A DNA stretch of 64,000 nucleotides, from positions 16,184,001 through 16,248,000 of the forward strand of contig CM075990.1 of NCBI GenBank assembly GCA_038087875.1. Direction: 5' to 3'. Positions 1-11,938 of this stretch are shown one piece after another. Position 1 is the stretch's first letter; every line of letters starts with the position of its first letter. This DNA is from Malacoraja senta. Its lineage: Eukaryota. Both the position numbers and the translations under genes were made by a program. The notes under the pieces were generated by a model. It saw only the letters and a program-made list of their open reading frames with translations. It ran no database searches and had not been told where the DNA came from.

Positions 1-197
1 GCAGGTTCAATCCCGACCCTAGGTGCTACCGGTGTGGAGTTTTCACGTTCACATGAGGTCCAACCCCCCCCGTCCCGTGCCGTGCCGGCCGCTCCCCCGC
101 CAAGTAAATTCAATCGCTATTTTCAAATAAGCTGAGATAATAAGGGTTTGCCATCCCCCACCCCCGCATAATCTGGCCAAGTCGTTAGCCAATGTAC

Positions 198-306
198 CTA
201 ACTGAAGCTGAACTCCTTTCCCCAGTAGGATCTCTTTCAACCCTTGCCTTACACTCGGCAAGAGCTGGTCATCAGCCAGAGGAATCTTGGAATGAACCAA
301 GGTCAC
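198..306 (-). CDS. AIFM2: AIFM2/FSP1 copy A, coding exon 5 (gene continues off the left edge)
   Basis: 109 nt, cag|GTG...TTAG|gtaca; VTLVHSKIPLADDQLLPSVRQGLKEILLGKGVQLQL matches human [36 protein letters not shown]. Confidence 0.95.
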
Positions 307-536
307 CTGGAAATAAATTAAGAAGAAAAAAAAAAAGTTCTGGTTGTGAAAGAACAGAAAACACGAGAAGAATAGGAGCAGGAGCATGGTCTCACATGCC
401 TGTCCCACCTTTCAATATGATCATGGCTGGTCAAAGCTGGCCCCAACTCATCTTCTCCACCCGTTCCCCACAATTCCTCAATCCTTCAAAGATTGTATTT
501 GAACCTCTGACGTTGTGAGGCAGCTGCATTACCAGA

Positions 537-612
537 TGTGCCACTGCGTTGCCCATCTGTGCCACTGCGCTGCCCATCTGTGCCACTGTGCTGCCCATCT
601 GTGCCACTGCGC
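537..612. repeat. 21-bp minisatellite, about 3.5 copies
   Basis: TGTGCCACTGCGCTGCCCATC unit. Confidence 0.9.
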
Positions 613-1136
613 CCCTCCAGTCTTATGTTAACATTGACCACCATCTACTCTGAAGAAGGCTGCCAACCCAAAACTTCACCTATCCATGTTCTCCAGAGAT
701 GCTGCCTGACCCACTGAGTCACTCCAGCACTCTGTGTCCTTTTGGGTAAACAAGCATCTGCCGTTCCTCGTTTCTACATCTAAACCGTCGCCCACATCTC
801 TATTCCAGATTTCTCCCCCATAATACAATCTGTCTGAAGAGGAGTCCCAACAATGGGGACTGGACTTTGTGCCTTCCCTCACAGTGGGGACCATTGTGGG
901 GGGATGTTTTTATGTTAAATTCCTTTATAATGTTATGTTGTATTCTTATTAATGTGCTGCAATGGCAACTCGAATTTCACTACAACAATTGGTGTATGTG
1001 ACAATATATGAACCTTTGAACTGAAATATCACCCCATCTATGTTCTCCAGAGATGCTGCCAAACCCGCTGAGTTACTCCAGCACTATGTGTTTGTCCATT
1101 GTAAACACATATCTGCAGTTCCATGTGTCTACTCAC

Positions 1137-1229
1137 CTCTTTGGCAGGATAATCGGTTTTGACTTCTGCTGCCATTTCCACCCCCGCCGATCCACCTCCA
1201 ACCACAACGATTCTTGGAGCTGCCCGTAT
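1137..1229 (-). CDS. AIFM2: AIFM2/FSP1 copy A, coding exon 4 (second Rossmann GxGxxG, conserved Glu equivalent to E156)
   Basis: 93 nt, cag|ATA...GAG|gtgagt; [31 protein letters not shown]. Confidence 0.95.
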
Positions 1230-1810
1230 CTGCAGAGAGGAAGGATGGCGCAAAGCTGAAAAGAGCGCAGCGAAGATTTACGAGGATGTTGCCAGGACCC
1301 GAGGGCCTGAGCAACAGGGAAAAGTTAGGCAGTTTGGGACTTTATTCCTTGGAAGCCGAGGGGTGATGTTATAGAGATGTATAACATCATGAGAATAGAT
1401 GGGGTGAATGTAGGAGAATCAAAAACAAGAGGACATATGTTTTAATATAATTTATATACATTTCATATAAAGCTGAGGGGCAACTTTTTCATGCAGAGGA
1501 TGGTGGGTGTATGGAACGAGCTGCCAGAGGAGATAGTTAAAGCAGATACTATCACAGCATGTAAAAGGCATTTGGACAGGTACATGGATAACAAAGGTAC
1601 AGAGGGTATGGGCCAAACATGGGCAAATGAGACTAGCTCAGATGGGGCATCTTTGTCAGCATGGACAGGTTGGGCTGAAGGGCCCATGTTCTATGATACT
1701 ATAACATACACAAAGTTTCTTTAAAATATGTTACAGATTAGAGCAGCAAAATTAAAGGTAATGATTTTCACTTAAACAAATTCTCTTCCAAAACTGCCAT
1801 GTAGCATCAC

Positions 1811-1930
1811 CTTTTCTACGAGATCTTCGTACATCTGGATGGCATTCTCCATTGTGACTGGTTTACCAAATTTCCCAGGGAATGGGCCGGAGCTACCAGT
1901 TCCCAGGATGAGGTGTGAAAAATGTACGAC
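1811..1930 (-). CDS. AIFM2: AIFM2/FSP1 copy A, coding exon 3
   Basis: 120 nt, tag|GTC...AAG|gtgat; [40 protein letters not shown] (not in the ORF track, read manually). Confidence 0.95.
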
Positions 1931-2895
1931 CTACAATACAGGAGAGACAATTAGCCTCACGGCCTCCCACGTGGTTTCCATGCTGTATCTTTCAATCAAA
2001 AACACAACTCTTGCATTGCAGCAGTTTAAAAAAAAAAAATTCACATTAATTAGACACTGGTAATTCTTCTGTAATGCGAGAGTTGCGTTTTTGATCGAAA
2101 GATACAGCATGGAACCACTCCCTTCGGCCCATCGAGTCACACTGATCATCAATCCCCCATTCATAAATGTTCTATAAACACAAAATGCTGGAGTAACTCA
2201 GCAGGACAGGCAGCATCTCTGGATAGAAGGAATGGGTGACGTTTCGGGCCGAGACCCTTCTTCAGACTCAGGATGTCACCCATTCCTTCTATCCAGAGAT
2301 GCTGCCTGTTCCGCTGAGTTACTCCAGCATTTTGCGTCTATCTTTGGTGTAAAGACAGCAGCCGAGGTCAGGATAAATCCTGGGTTTCTGGCACTGTGAG
2401 GCAGCAGCTCTACCCGCTGCATCACTGTGCAACCTAAGGAATCACAAGTTATAGAAAATGTGTTTAAAAAAAACCCAAATGCATCAATAAGGAAAGGGGA
2501 TCCGAGTGTTTCAGATTCATAATAACAAAGTTAATTTTCCCCACAAGATTTTCAAAAATAAATGGTCTTTTCAGTGGCAATAAGTTTACTTTTCTTACTG
2601 CAACTAAATTTACTAAAGACCGTTTCATGGCCTCCAACGTTAAAGTAGCAGCTGTGTCTTTAAGAGACCATGGTGACTGATTACTGCGAGGGGGTCACAT
2701 GAAAACAAGTATTTGTTCCCTTATACTGTTTATATCCAAGACAGCTTTTTTTCTGTCTGTCGATTTCCAAAAAAACTTTTAAGTTATTATCAAATTCCCG
2801 ACCGAAATTGTGCTCTGCAAGGTAATGTTTCCTAATTGATCATTAACAAAACTATCTCAAATACATTTTACCCCAAATGAACTTAGCGCACCTAC

Positions 2896-3011
2896 CTCTC
2901 CACTCTCCAAAACGACTGCTTGTTCTTCCAACTCAATATCAATGACACGGCCTTGCTTGAAGTTCTCTCCAAATGTTTCTTTGAATGGAATGAATGTTTT
3001 CTTTGCAAATC
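2896..3011 (-). CDS. AIFM2: AIFM2/FSP1 copy A, coding exon 2
   Basis: 116 nt, cag|GA...GAG|gtagg; (G)[38 protein letters not shown]. Confidence 0.95.
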
Positions 3012-3593
3012 CTGACAAAAGTAAAAACGTAACTAAAGGGAATATTTTGAAAAAGTGGACGTTTTCACGTTTCCTATGTAGGGAACATTTGCAGCATATT
3101 ACATCTTGCAGGGTCATTCATGGATTAGTATGGTCACATGCACAGAGACACAATCAAGAACTTTGTTTAGTTGCAAAAGTACTTCGCTCAATGGACAGTA
3201 AATCGTTGCAATTTTCCACATCAGACTGCTCTGGGTGCTCCCTCTGTGGTTAAACTCACAGCTGTGTTCAAGAGTTTTTGAATAGTAACAGGATGAAGTG
3301 TCATGGAAAATGGTTTTATCTCTTATCTAATATTGCAAGCTGTCAATTCTGTTCGTCTGCCAAGGTGGAAGATTGATTAAACACAACGGGCGGCACGGTG
3401 ACACAGCGGTCGAGTTGCTGCCTCACAGCGCCAGAGAACTGTGTCCCAAGTTCGATCCTAACTACGGATGCTTGTCTGTACGGAGTTTGTAAGCTCTCCC
3501 TGTGATCTGCGTGGGGTTTCTCCGTGATCTTCGGTTTCCTCCCACACTCCAAAGATGTACAGGTGTGTAGGTTAATTGGCTTGGTATAAATGT

Positions 3594-3634
<41 letters not shown>

Positions 3635-3877
3635 CGTGGTAGAGTTCGTGGATATATCGTATGCTCGTTATGCCAGCTGTAGGTACTCGGGGCATCAGTT
3701 AAGTCGGGACGTCGGGCCTCCTATGGACTTGTTACAAACATTCTGCGAGTTTGAAAACTCGGGAGAATTCGTGAATAACTCAGGAGAATTCGTGAATAAC
3801 TCGGGAAAGTGGGACAGGCCCTTAAAGGGGAAAAGCCCGCAGAGATCAGGCATCAGACTATCTTGCCGTTAACACAC

Positions 3878-4052
3878 CACTTTCCACCGAGGCGCGGAGG
3901 GCTCCTGGATTGTGATGGAAGGCATCCTTCACATCAATCAACGTGAATGGAATCTTGTACGACTTCAGCTGGTTCCCTGCTGCAATCCCTCCAAATCCAC
4001 CACCGACCACCACAACATGGACCCCCTCGTCCACCGACACCGTGCCTCCCAT
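3878..4052 (-). CDS. AIFM2: AIFM2/FSP1 copy A, first coding exon
   Basis: ATG at 4052, acceptor 7 nt upstream (exon starts 4059), donor G|gtgtgt; MGGTVS (G2/S6 myristoylation motif), GGGFGG FAD motif, FHHN..ALRASVE. Confidence 0.95.
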
Positions 4053-5091
4053 GTCGTGTCTGGGGAAAAGAAAACATAGGGGAGGGGATGGGGGAGAAAG
4101 GATATTTTAACAAATGTGTTCAGAAGTAGCGATATTAGTTAGACAAACTGGGTCAGGCAGCATCAGGGGAGGGAATGGACAGGCAACGTTTCAGGTCAGC
4201 CATGATCACATTAAATGGCAGTGCTGGCTCGAAGGGCCGAATGGCCTACTCCTGCACCTATTGTCAGGACCCTTCTCCAGACCCGCTGAGTTCCTCTAGC
4301 ACTTTGTGCTTTACTCAAGATCCCACCATCTGCAGTTCTTTGTGTCTACATGGACTGGATTTTACAGCTTTGCATCAATAATAGAAAACAAATTCATATC
4401 AGAAGTGAGTAGGAAAGAACTGCAGATGCTGGTTTGAATCGAAGATAGACAAAAAATGCTGGAGCAACTCAGCGGGACAGGCAACATCTCTGGAGAGGAG
4501 GAATGGGTGAAGTTTCAGGGCGAGACCCTTCTTCAGACCCGAAACGTCACCCATTCCTCCTCTTCAGAGATGTTGCCTGTCCCGCTGAGTTACTCCAGCA
4601 TTTTGTGTCTACCTTCATATCAGAAGTAATAGGAGCAGAATTAGACCATTCGGCCCATCGCTTGGTTGTTAATTTCAAGCAACCAGCGAGAAAGTTAAAC
4701 TGTCTGGTAAGATTGAAAGATTGTCGAACTGAAAGGTGAACTCTGCTTCTCTCTGCGTGACCTGCTGAGTATTTCCACTGGGTTTGTCTTCTGTTTACAG
4801 CGTTGTGTTCTTCTGAATGTAGGCAGAACAGTAACCGCTAGGTGGGAGAAAGAAAACTCCGTTGACTGTCGCTGTTAGAAACAGTTCAACATACAAACCC
4901 GGTTAGCTGGAGCTGGAGCGGCGTTCTGTTGTTGCTGTTTTTAAACCAGCTGGTTAGTCCGGTTTGTAAACTGGTCCCAAACTCGCGTCCAAGTTCTTGT
5001 TGACTCGCGGAAGTAGACAAAATGTTGCTCTAATGTTAGTTTCACTTCAAACGTTACACTGGTGGAAATGTTCAAGTCAATAAAAGCTCAC

Positions 5092-5345
5092 CGTTAACTC
5101 ACAGAGAAGGGAAGGGAATCCTTCACAGAGATGTTCACCGGCCGCTTCAGGAAGGTCCCACCACGACAGCTATACAAAGCGCAGGGCCGGACCAGGAAAG
5201 CGGCTGCCTCTGTCTGCTACACTGGCCGTGGATAGACGCTGTGGTTATCCAGGCTTCAACCCGCCTCTTGTCCATTTCCGACACCGCCAAGGTCCAATTG
5301 CAAGCGGGCGCCGCGACCGCTCCCTTCCACGCCCGGTTGCATTTG
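5092..5345 (-). promoter_or_regulatory. Putative CpG-rich promoter and non-coding first exon of AIFM2 copy A
   Basis: Local GC/CpG-rich non-repeat segment about 1 kb upstream of the ATG exon; donor-like CG|GTGAG at 5092/5091; CCAAT at about 5294. Confidence 0.45.
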
Positions 5346-5520
5346 GAGAATCGAAGAATTGCAGATAAAACTCGCAAAAAGGCACAAAGTGCTGGAGTGA
5401 CTCAGCAGCTCGTCGCATCTCTGGAGAACATGGATAGGTCTGAAGAAGGATCTCGACCCGAAACGTCACCCATTCCTTCTCTGGAGATGCTGCCTGCCCC
5501 GCTGAGTTTCTGCAGCATTT

Positions 5521-5941
5521 AAGTTTATTGGCCAAGTATTCACATACAAGGAATTTGCCTTGGTGCTCCGCCCACAAGTAACAACATGACATACAGTGAC
5601 AGTTACGAATGACTCAGAAAACACTAAACATGAATAATAATAAAACATTAATGATAAAACACCATTGATCAAGCATGTGAACCAACAAAATACCAGATCA
5701 AAGGGAGGCTACAGATTTTTGGCTGTTGAGTAGAGCAACTACTCGTGGATAAAAACTGTTTTTATGTCTGGCTGTGGCAGCTTTGACAGTCCGGAGTCGC
5801 CTTCCAGAGGGAAGTGATTCAAAGAGTTTGTGGCCAGGGTGAGAGGGGTCAGAGATGATCTTGCCCGCTCGCTTCCTGGCCCTTGCAGTGTACAGTTCAT
5901 CAATGGAGGGAAGGTTGCAGCCAATAACCTTCTCTCCTTCT
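5521..5941 (-). mobile_element. 3' fragment of a Rex1-like LINE; nearly identical copy at 46823-47177
   Basis: IISDPSHPGHKLFESLPSGRRLR...KNSFYPRVVALLN; AATAAA plus (CTTA)n tail. Confidence 0.8.
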
Positions 5942-7603
5942 CTGCTGATCATTTTGTGCCTATCTTCGATTTAAATCAGCATCTGCAGTTCGTTCCTTCA
6001 TATGGATAGGCAACTTGTAGGGAAGAACTGCAGATGCTGGTTTAATTACACTGCAGATAGACACAAAGTGCTGGAGTGACTCAGCGGGAAAGGCAGCATC
6101 TCTGGAGAGAAGTAATGGGTGACATTTCCGGTCGGGACCTTTCATTGTATGTTGTTGTCTCTTCCGGGCGGAGCACCAAGGCAAATTCCTTGTATGTGAA
6201 TACTTGGCCAATAAACGTATTTATTAATTCATTCATCAGACACAAAGTGCTGGAGTGACTCAGCAGGTCAGGCAGCATCTCTGGAGAACATGGATAGGTG
6301 TTGTGTAGGAAGGAACTGCAGATGCCGGAAAACCGAAGATAGACAGAAAAAGCTGGAGCAGCATCTTTGCAGAAAAGGAGTAGGTGACGTTTCCGGTCGA
6401 GACCCTTCGAACTGAAAGTCAGGGGAGAGGAAACCGAGAGATATGAAAAGGTACATAGAACAAATTAATGAAAGATATGCAAAAAAAAACCTGATCAAAG
6501 CCAGCAAGATGATCAAGGAAAGGTAGAGCCCACAATGGTCCATGTCTGTTGTGGGCTGGGTGACAATGAGTTTATCCAAACTGAAACTCAGCAGACGACA
6601 ATGAAACTAGTACCACGACTAGGATGGGGGAGGGACTTTGGAGATAGCATAGAAGAGGGTTACCAAATTACTGCCTGTGTTAGAGGGTATTAGCCATAAA
6701 GATAGGTTGAACCAACTTGGATTGTTTGTCTAGAACATCAGAGTTTGAGGGAAGACCAGCTGGAAGCTTGTCGAGAGACATAAGTTGAATGGAGGCTTTT
6801 TCCCAGGGTAGGAATGTTAAAGACTAGAGGGTAAAGGTTTAAGGTGAGAGGGGGAAATTATAAGGCAGAATTGTGAAGCAAGTGGTGGGTGCCTGGAATG
6901 TGCTACCTGAGAAGGTGATAGAAACAGACACACCAGTAATATGTAATAGTAATTTAGACTTCTGCAAGGAATTATATCTCTCGCTTGTAAGTAGGCAGAC
7001 ATGTAGGAGTTTATTGCCCGGGCATGTTGGCACCTACTGTCAATGCCGTTGCCCGGCCCTGAGGTTGTAGATGGGGCTATGGATGAGGTGCAATTCCAGT
7101 GAGGACGCCCTTATTGAAGTACAGAGCCTTGCGGACGCATACACTTCCTTGGGGAGATGCAGGTGGAAAAATTACGCACGCGAGTGAACATGCTTTTTGA
7201 TTGGGAACCTTCTTGCCTTCACTGGAATTTTGTCCCATCCATAGCCCTATCTACAACGCCAGGAGTAGGCAAGGGGTTTATCGAGAGCAGATGCCGTCTG
7301 GCTGCATTCCCTCTCCAGAAAACCTATCAACCAGCTATCTCATTGATAAGTGAAAGGAGCAGAATTAGGCCATTCGGCCCATCAAGTCTACTCCGCCATT
7401 CAATCATGGCTGATCTATCTCTCCCTCCTAACCCCATTCTCCTGCCTTCTCCCCATAACCCCTGACACCCGTACTAATCAAGAATCTCATTTTAGCATTT
7501 CTCCATCCCTTTTTCCCCCCATCCAATTATGTAATTCCAAGTTTATCTTGCAAAGTCCAGCAGTGCCCAGATAAGGCCAGCAGTGCCCAGTTTTCCAATT
7601 CTC

Positions 7604-8036
7604 CGTGTGGAGCGGCTGGGCTTGTACACTCTGGAATTTAGAAGGGTGAGAGGGGATCTTATTGAAACATATAAGATTATTAAGGGTTTGGACACGCTAG
7701 AGGCAGGAAACATGTTCCCAATGTTGGGGGAGTCCAGAACCATGGGGCACAGTTTAAGAATAAGGAGTAAGCCATTTAGAACGGGGATGACGAAACATTT
7801 TTTCACACAGAGAGTGTGAGTCTGCGTAATTCTCTGCCTCAGAGGGCGGTGAAGGCAGGTTCTCTGGATACTTTCAAGAGAGAGTTAGATAGGGCTCTTA
7901 AAGATAGTGGAGTCAGGAGATATGGGGAGAAGGCAGGAACGGGGTACTGATTGTGGATGATCAGCCATGATCACATTGAATGTCGGTGCTGGCTCGAAGG
8001 GCTGAATGGCCTACTCCTGCACCTATTGTCTATTGT
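7604..8036 (+). mobile_element. Young CR1 subfamily 3' fragment with (CTATTGT)n tail; related copies at 19643-19897(+), 14670-14875(-), 28195-28470(-)
   Basis: ERLGLYTLEFRRVRGDLIETYKI...TMGHSLRI; copies are nearly identical. Confidence 0.85.
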
Positions 8037-8331
8037 CTGTGGACAGACTCTTGTGCCACAACCAACCCCACTCCGTCTCCCCAAATTGAATAACAATTAA
8101 GAATGCATAAAATCAAATAATCCGACAAGGTCAAATATTTTTAAATAAGCAGGGATTTATGTCTGCATGTTCTGGTCTGAGTATTCCTGACCTTTATGAA
8201 ACAACACACACTTTATACATAGAAATGAGCAAGATTCCTAAAAAAAGTTGTATAAACATTCGGCACTGGGTCATTGAATCAGACACTCCGGAAGGGGAGC
8301 ATATATTTATATCTGTAGGAATTAAATTTCA

Positions 8332-8486
8332 TCAGGACGGCATCTTCTGGCCCATTTTTTTCCAGCTCGTTTTAACCAGTAGGTCCTTGCTTTTGACGTA
8401 TGTCACGATTAATTTCCCAACGTTGCAGCCACACATCTGACCGACGCCGTCATTCCGACCCATTGTCACCATCATGTACGGAGCCC
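8332..8486 (-). CDS. AIFM2: AIFM2/FSP1 copy B, last coding exon (8)
   Basis: tag|GG; APYMMVTMGRNDGVGQMCGCNVGKLIVTYVKSKDLLVKTSWKKMGQKMPS then TGA TGA; matches human MGRNDGVGQ...KSRDLFVSTSWK. Confidence 0.95.
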
Positions 8487-10226
8487 CTAAGATGGGAGAA
8501 GTTCACAGCATCAGTCACCCGAGATCAGGACACCAATGACCGACATTACTCAGGGCTTTGGTGAACATACTATAGGCCCATAAAGACGCTGCCAAAAGCA
8601 AGGAAGGAAAAGAGATGAAATGTAAAGGAAGCAACCGGAGAAGCTGATTTACACTGAAGATAGACACAAAATCCTGGAGTAACTCAGCGGGACAGGCTGT
8701 ATCTCTGGAGGGAAGGAATGGGTGACGTTTCGGGTCGGGACAGAAGATGTGTCTCGACCCGAAACGTCATCCATTCCTTCTCTCCAGAGATGCCACCTGT
8801 CCCGTTAAGTTAATCCATCCAGCCTGTCCCGTTGAGACTCCAGATAGATAGTCTCTCCAGACTATCTATCTCCAACATAGATAGTCTTATCTAAGGAGAT
8901 GAAATGTAGTGTTTATGATGCCTGGAGCTTTAAATGGGATTTTTTGTGTTGCATGCCCTTACATTCTCTTTAAACTTTAGACTTTAGAGATACGGGCCCA
9001 ATTTCCTCTGTCAGTGCAAAGTTGCAATTTTTCACGAACCACTTTTGGCAAAACCACATATATTCTGACAGAAATCATATTTTTTAACGCGATTGAAATC
9101 TGAAGAAGGGTTTCGGCCCGAAACGTTGCCTATCTCCTTCGCTCCATAGATGCTGCTGCACCCGCTGAGTTTCTCCAGCATTTTTGTGTACCTCCTATCT
9201 CATTACATGACTTGCTGCTACAGTTCAGTCAGACAGCATACTGGATGGGCTGTGAGTTGCTCACAGGAGGTTGCACCACCTAGAGGTAAGATTCTGCTCC
9301 ATGCACTGAATGCAGAGACAAAGCTCAAGTACACTGAGGTGGGCACTTCGCAGCAAGAGAGTCAAGAATGTTTTGTTGTCATATGTCCCAGATAGAACAA
9401 TGACATTCTTACTTGCAGCAGCTTAACAGAATATGTAAAATTAGTACAGTGTAAACAATATTATAGAAAACAAAGTTCAGTGTGTGTAGATCTACACATA
9501 CCCACATATACATACAAACACACACAGATATATATATATATATATATAGAAATATATATATACATACAGTGTATATATACACACATGCACACATACATAC
9601 ACATAAAAAACAAACAATATTAGCGCAATAATAACAATAAAAGTCTATGTAGTTCAGAGCTTATTTGGAGTTTGTAGTGTTTAATAGCCTATTGACTGTA
9701 GGGAAGAAGCTGTTCCTGAACCTGGACGTTACAGATTTCAGGCTCCTGTACCTTCTTCCCGATGGCATGGGGTGAAATGAGTGAGTGGCCAGGGTGGTGT
9801 GGGTCTCTGACGATGCCCCTCAACCTTAGACCATTCATGAAGGGTTGCTTACCTTGCGAAAAAATGTTTTTTTCTTCTTCTTTATTTTACTTTATCTATG
9901 TTTAAGTTACATTTGGTTAAGGTATTTTAAATATTTTTTAAATAAACACTCCCCTCATCCTTTTACCACTCTTCCATTCTCTCTTTAACAAAACAACTAA
10001 ATTTGTGTGCAATTTTCCAAATGTTATCTAACCAAGGTTCTATATAGGGCTGAATGGCCTACTCCTGCACCTATTGTCTATTGTCTATTGTCTATGTAGG
10101 TTCCTAATACTTTTGAGTTCCCCCTAAATATTACCCTGAAATATCACAAACTATTTTACCATGTGAATTATGCTATTTAATTGACAACCATTTCAACCTT
10201 CTGGAGTGCGTTTCCAGCATATCTAC

Positions 10227-10427
10227 CTGGTTTGTACAGTTCCATGGGCTCATGTTTAATGTTATGGATGATATTTTTCACGCATGAGATGGCTTGGAAT
10301 TCAGCAGTATAAGCCGATTTATGTTCGTTCACATGTGCACAGTCGCCTATGGCAAAAACAATCCTCATTCCCTTCACGTTCAGATGTTCATCCACTAGTA
10401 TTGCATCGTGTTCAGTGAGGTTACCTT
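10227..10427 (-). CDS. AIFM2: AIFM2/FSP1 copy B, coding exon 7
   Basis: 201 nt, cag|AA...CCAG|gtag; GNLTEHDAILVDEHLNVKGMRIVFAIGDCAHVNEHKSAYTAEFQAISCVKNIIHNIKHEPMELYKP (GD motif). Confidence 0.95.
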
Positions 10428-10587
10428 CTGTTAAAGAGAAACAGTCACACAACTTACTCCACTTATACTCTCTCCTGTCCTATTGTAACTCTTAATGGTT
10501 ATTATACAGGGTTGGGGAGTGGAGAAATAACCCAGGTCAGGCACAAAACTGCCAATATGCAAAGAAAATCAGCCAGGTCCCCATACC

Positions 10588-10690
10588 AGTAAGCTCTAAC
10601 TGGCCTTGTATTGGGTCTTACCAATGTAAGCTCTAACTGGCTTTGTATGTGAGACTGGGTCTTACCAAAGTAAGATCGAACTGGTTTTGT
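10588..10690. repeat. Imperfect 33-40 bp tandem repeat, about 3 copies
   Basis: GTAAGCTCTAACTGGC...GGGTCTTACCA recurs. Confidence 0.75.
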
Positions 10691-10699
10691 ACAAGGGAG

Positions 10700-11938
10700 A
10701 TTGTGCTTCACAATCTGAGTATTTTTGAAGAATTTAAAAAAGGTTGATGAGCTCAAAGCAATAGACATTGTCTATACATACTTAAGCAAGGCATTTGATA
10801 GGGTTCTGCCTGGTAGGCTGCTCTGGAAGGTCAGATCGTATGGGATTCAGCGAGAGCTAGTTGACTGGATAGAGAATTGGTTCCATGGAAGGAAGCAGCG
10901 GGTGATGGTGGAAGGTTGTTTTTCAGACTGGAAGCCTATGACTAGTGGTGTGTCTCGGGGATTGGTGCTGGGCCCATTGTTGTTTGTGGTTTATGTTAAC
11001 AATTTGGTTGAGCATGTAGAAGACATGATTAGTAACTTTGGAGATGACATTAAAGTGGAAGGCATTGGAGGCAGCAAAAATGGTTATCAAAGACTACAAC
11101 ATGATCTTGATCAGTTGGGTAAATGGGCTGAGAAATGGCGAATGGAGTTTAATGTAGTTAAGTATGAGGTGTAGCATTTGGGGAATTCAAACCAGGACAG
11201 GACCTTCACAGTGAATGGTGGGACTCTGGAGAGTCTTGTAAATCAGAGGGGGTAGTAGTGCATGTACATAGTTCCTTGAAAGAGGTGTCATAGATCTATA
11301 GCATGGTCAAAAAGGCTTTTGGTGCATTGGCCTTCATCAGTCAGGGTATTGAGTATAGAAGGTGGAAGGTTATGTCACTGTTGTACTAAATATTGCTGAG
11401 GCCACATTTGGAGTATTGTGTTCAGTTTTGGTAACTCTGCTGTTGGAAGGATGGCTTTAAGCTTGAAAGAGTGCAGAGAAGAATTATGAGGATGCTATCA
11501 GGACTTGAGGGCCTGAGCTATTGGGAGCGGTTGGGCAGACTAGGACTTTATTTCTTGGAGTGCAGGAGGCTGAGGGGTATTAAGGCATATAAGATCATGA
11601 GTGGAATAGGTAGAGTGAACACACAGTGTATTTTACCCAGAGTGGGGGAAATCAAGAACCAGAGGTCATAGGTTTAACGTGAGAGGAGAAAGATTTAATA
11701 GGAACCTGAGGGACATTTTCACACAGAGGGTGGTGGGGATATGGAAAAAAATGCCAGAGGAGGTATTTGAGGTAGGTACTATAACAACATTTAAAACACT
11801 TTTGGACAGATACATGGATAGGAAAGGCTTGGATGGATATATGCCAAACGCAGGCAAATGGGACTAGAAAATATGGGACAAATTGGTTGCCATGGGTAGG
11901 TTGGGCTGAAGGACCTGTTTCTGTGCTGTATGACTATT
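10700..11938 (+). mobile_element. CR1/HER1-like LINE 3' fragment (degenerate RT)
   Basis: SKAFDRV, SGV..GLVLGPLLF, FGDDIK, W.MEFN; CR1 3' tail GGGCTGAAGGACCTGTTTCTGTGCTG. Confidence 0.9.

Noticed and set aside
198..4052. AIFM2 copy A as a false duplication or processed pseudogene
   Set aside because: It has introns with canonical splice sites, open frames, and is far too divergent from copy B to be an allele.
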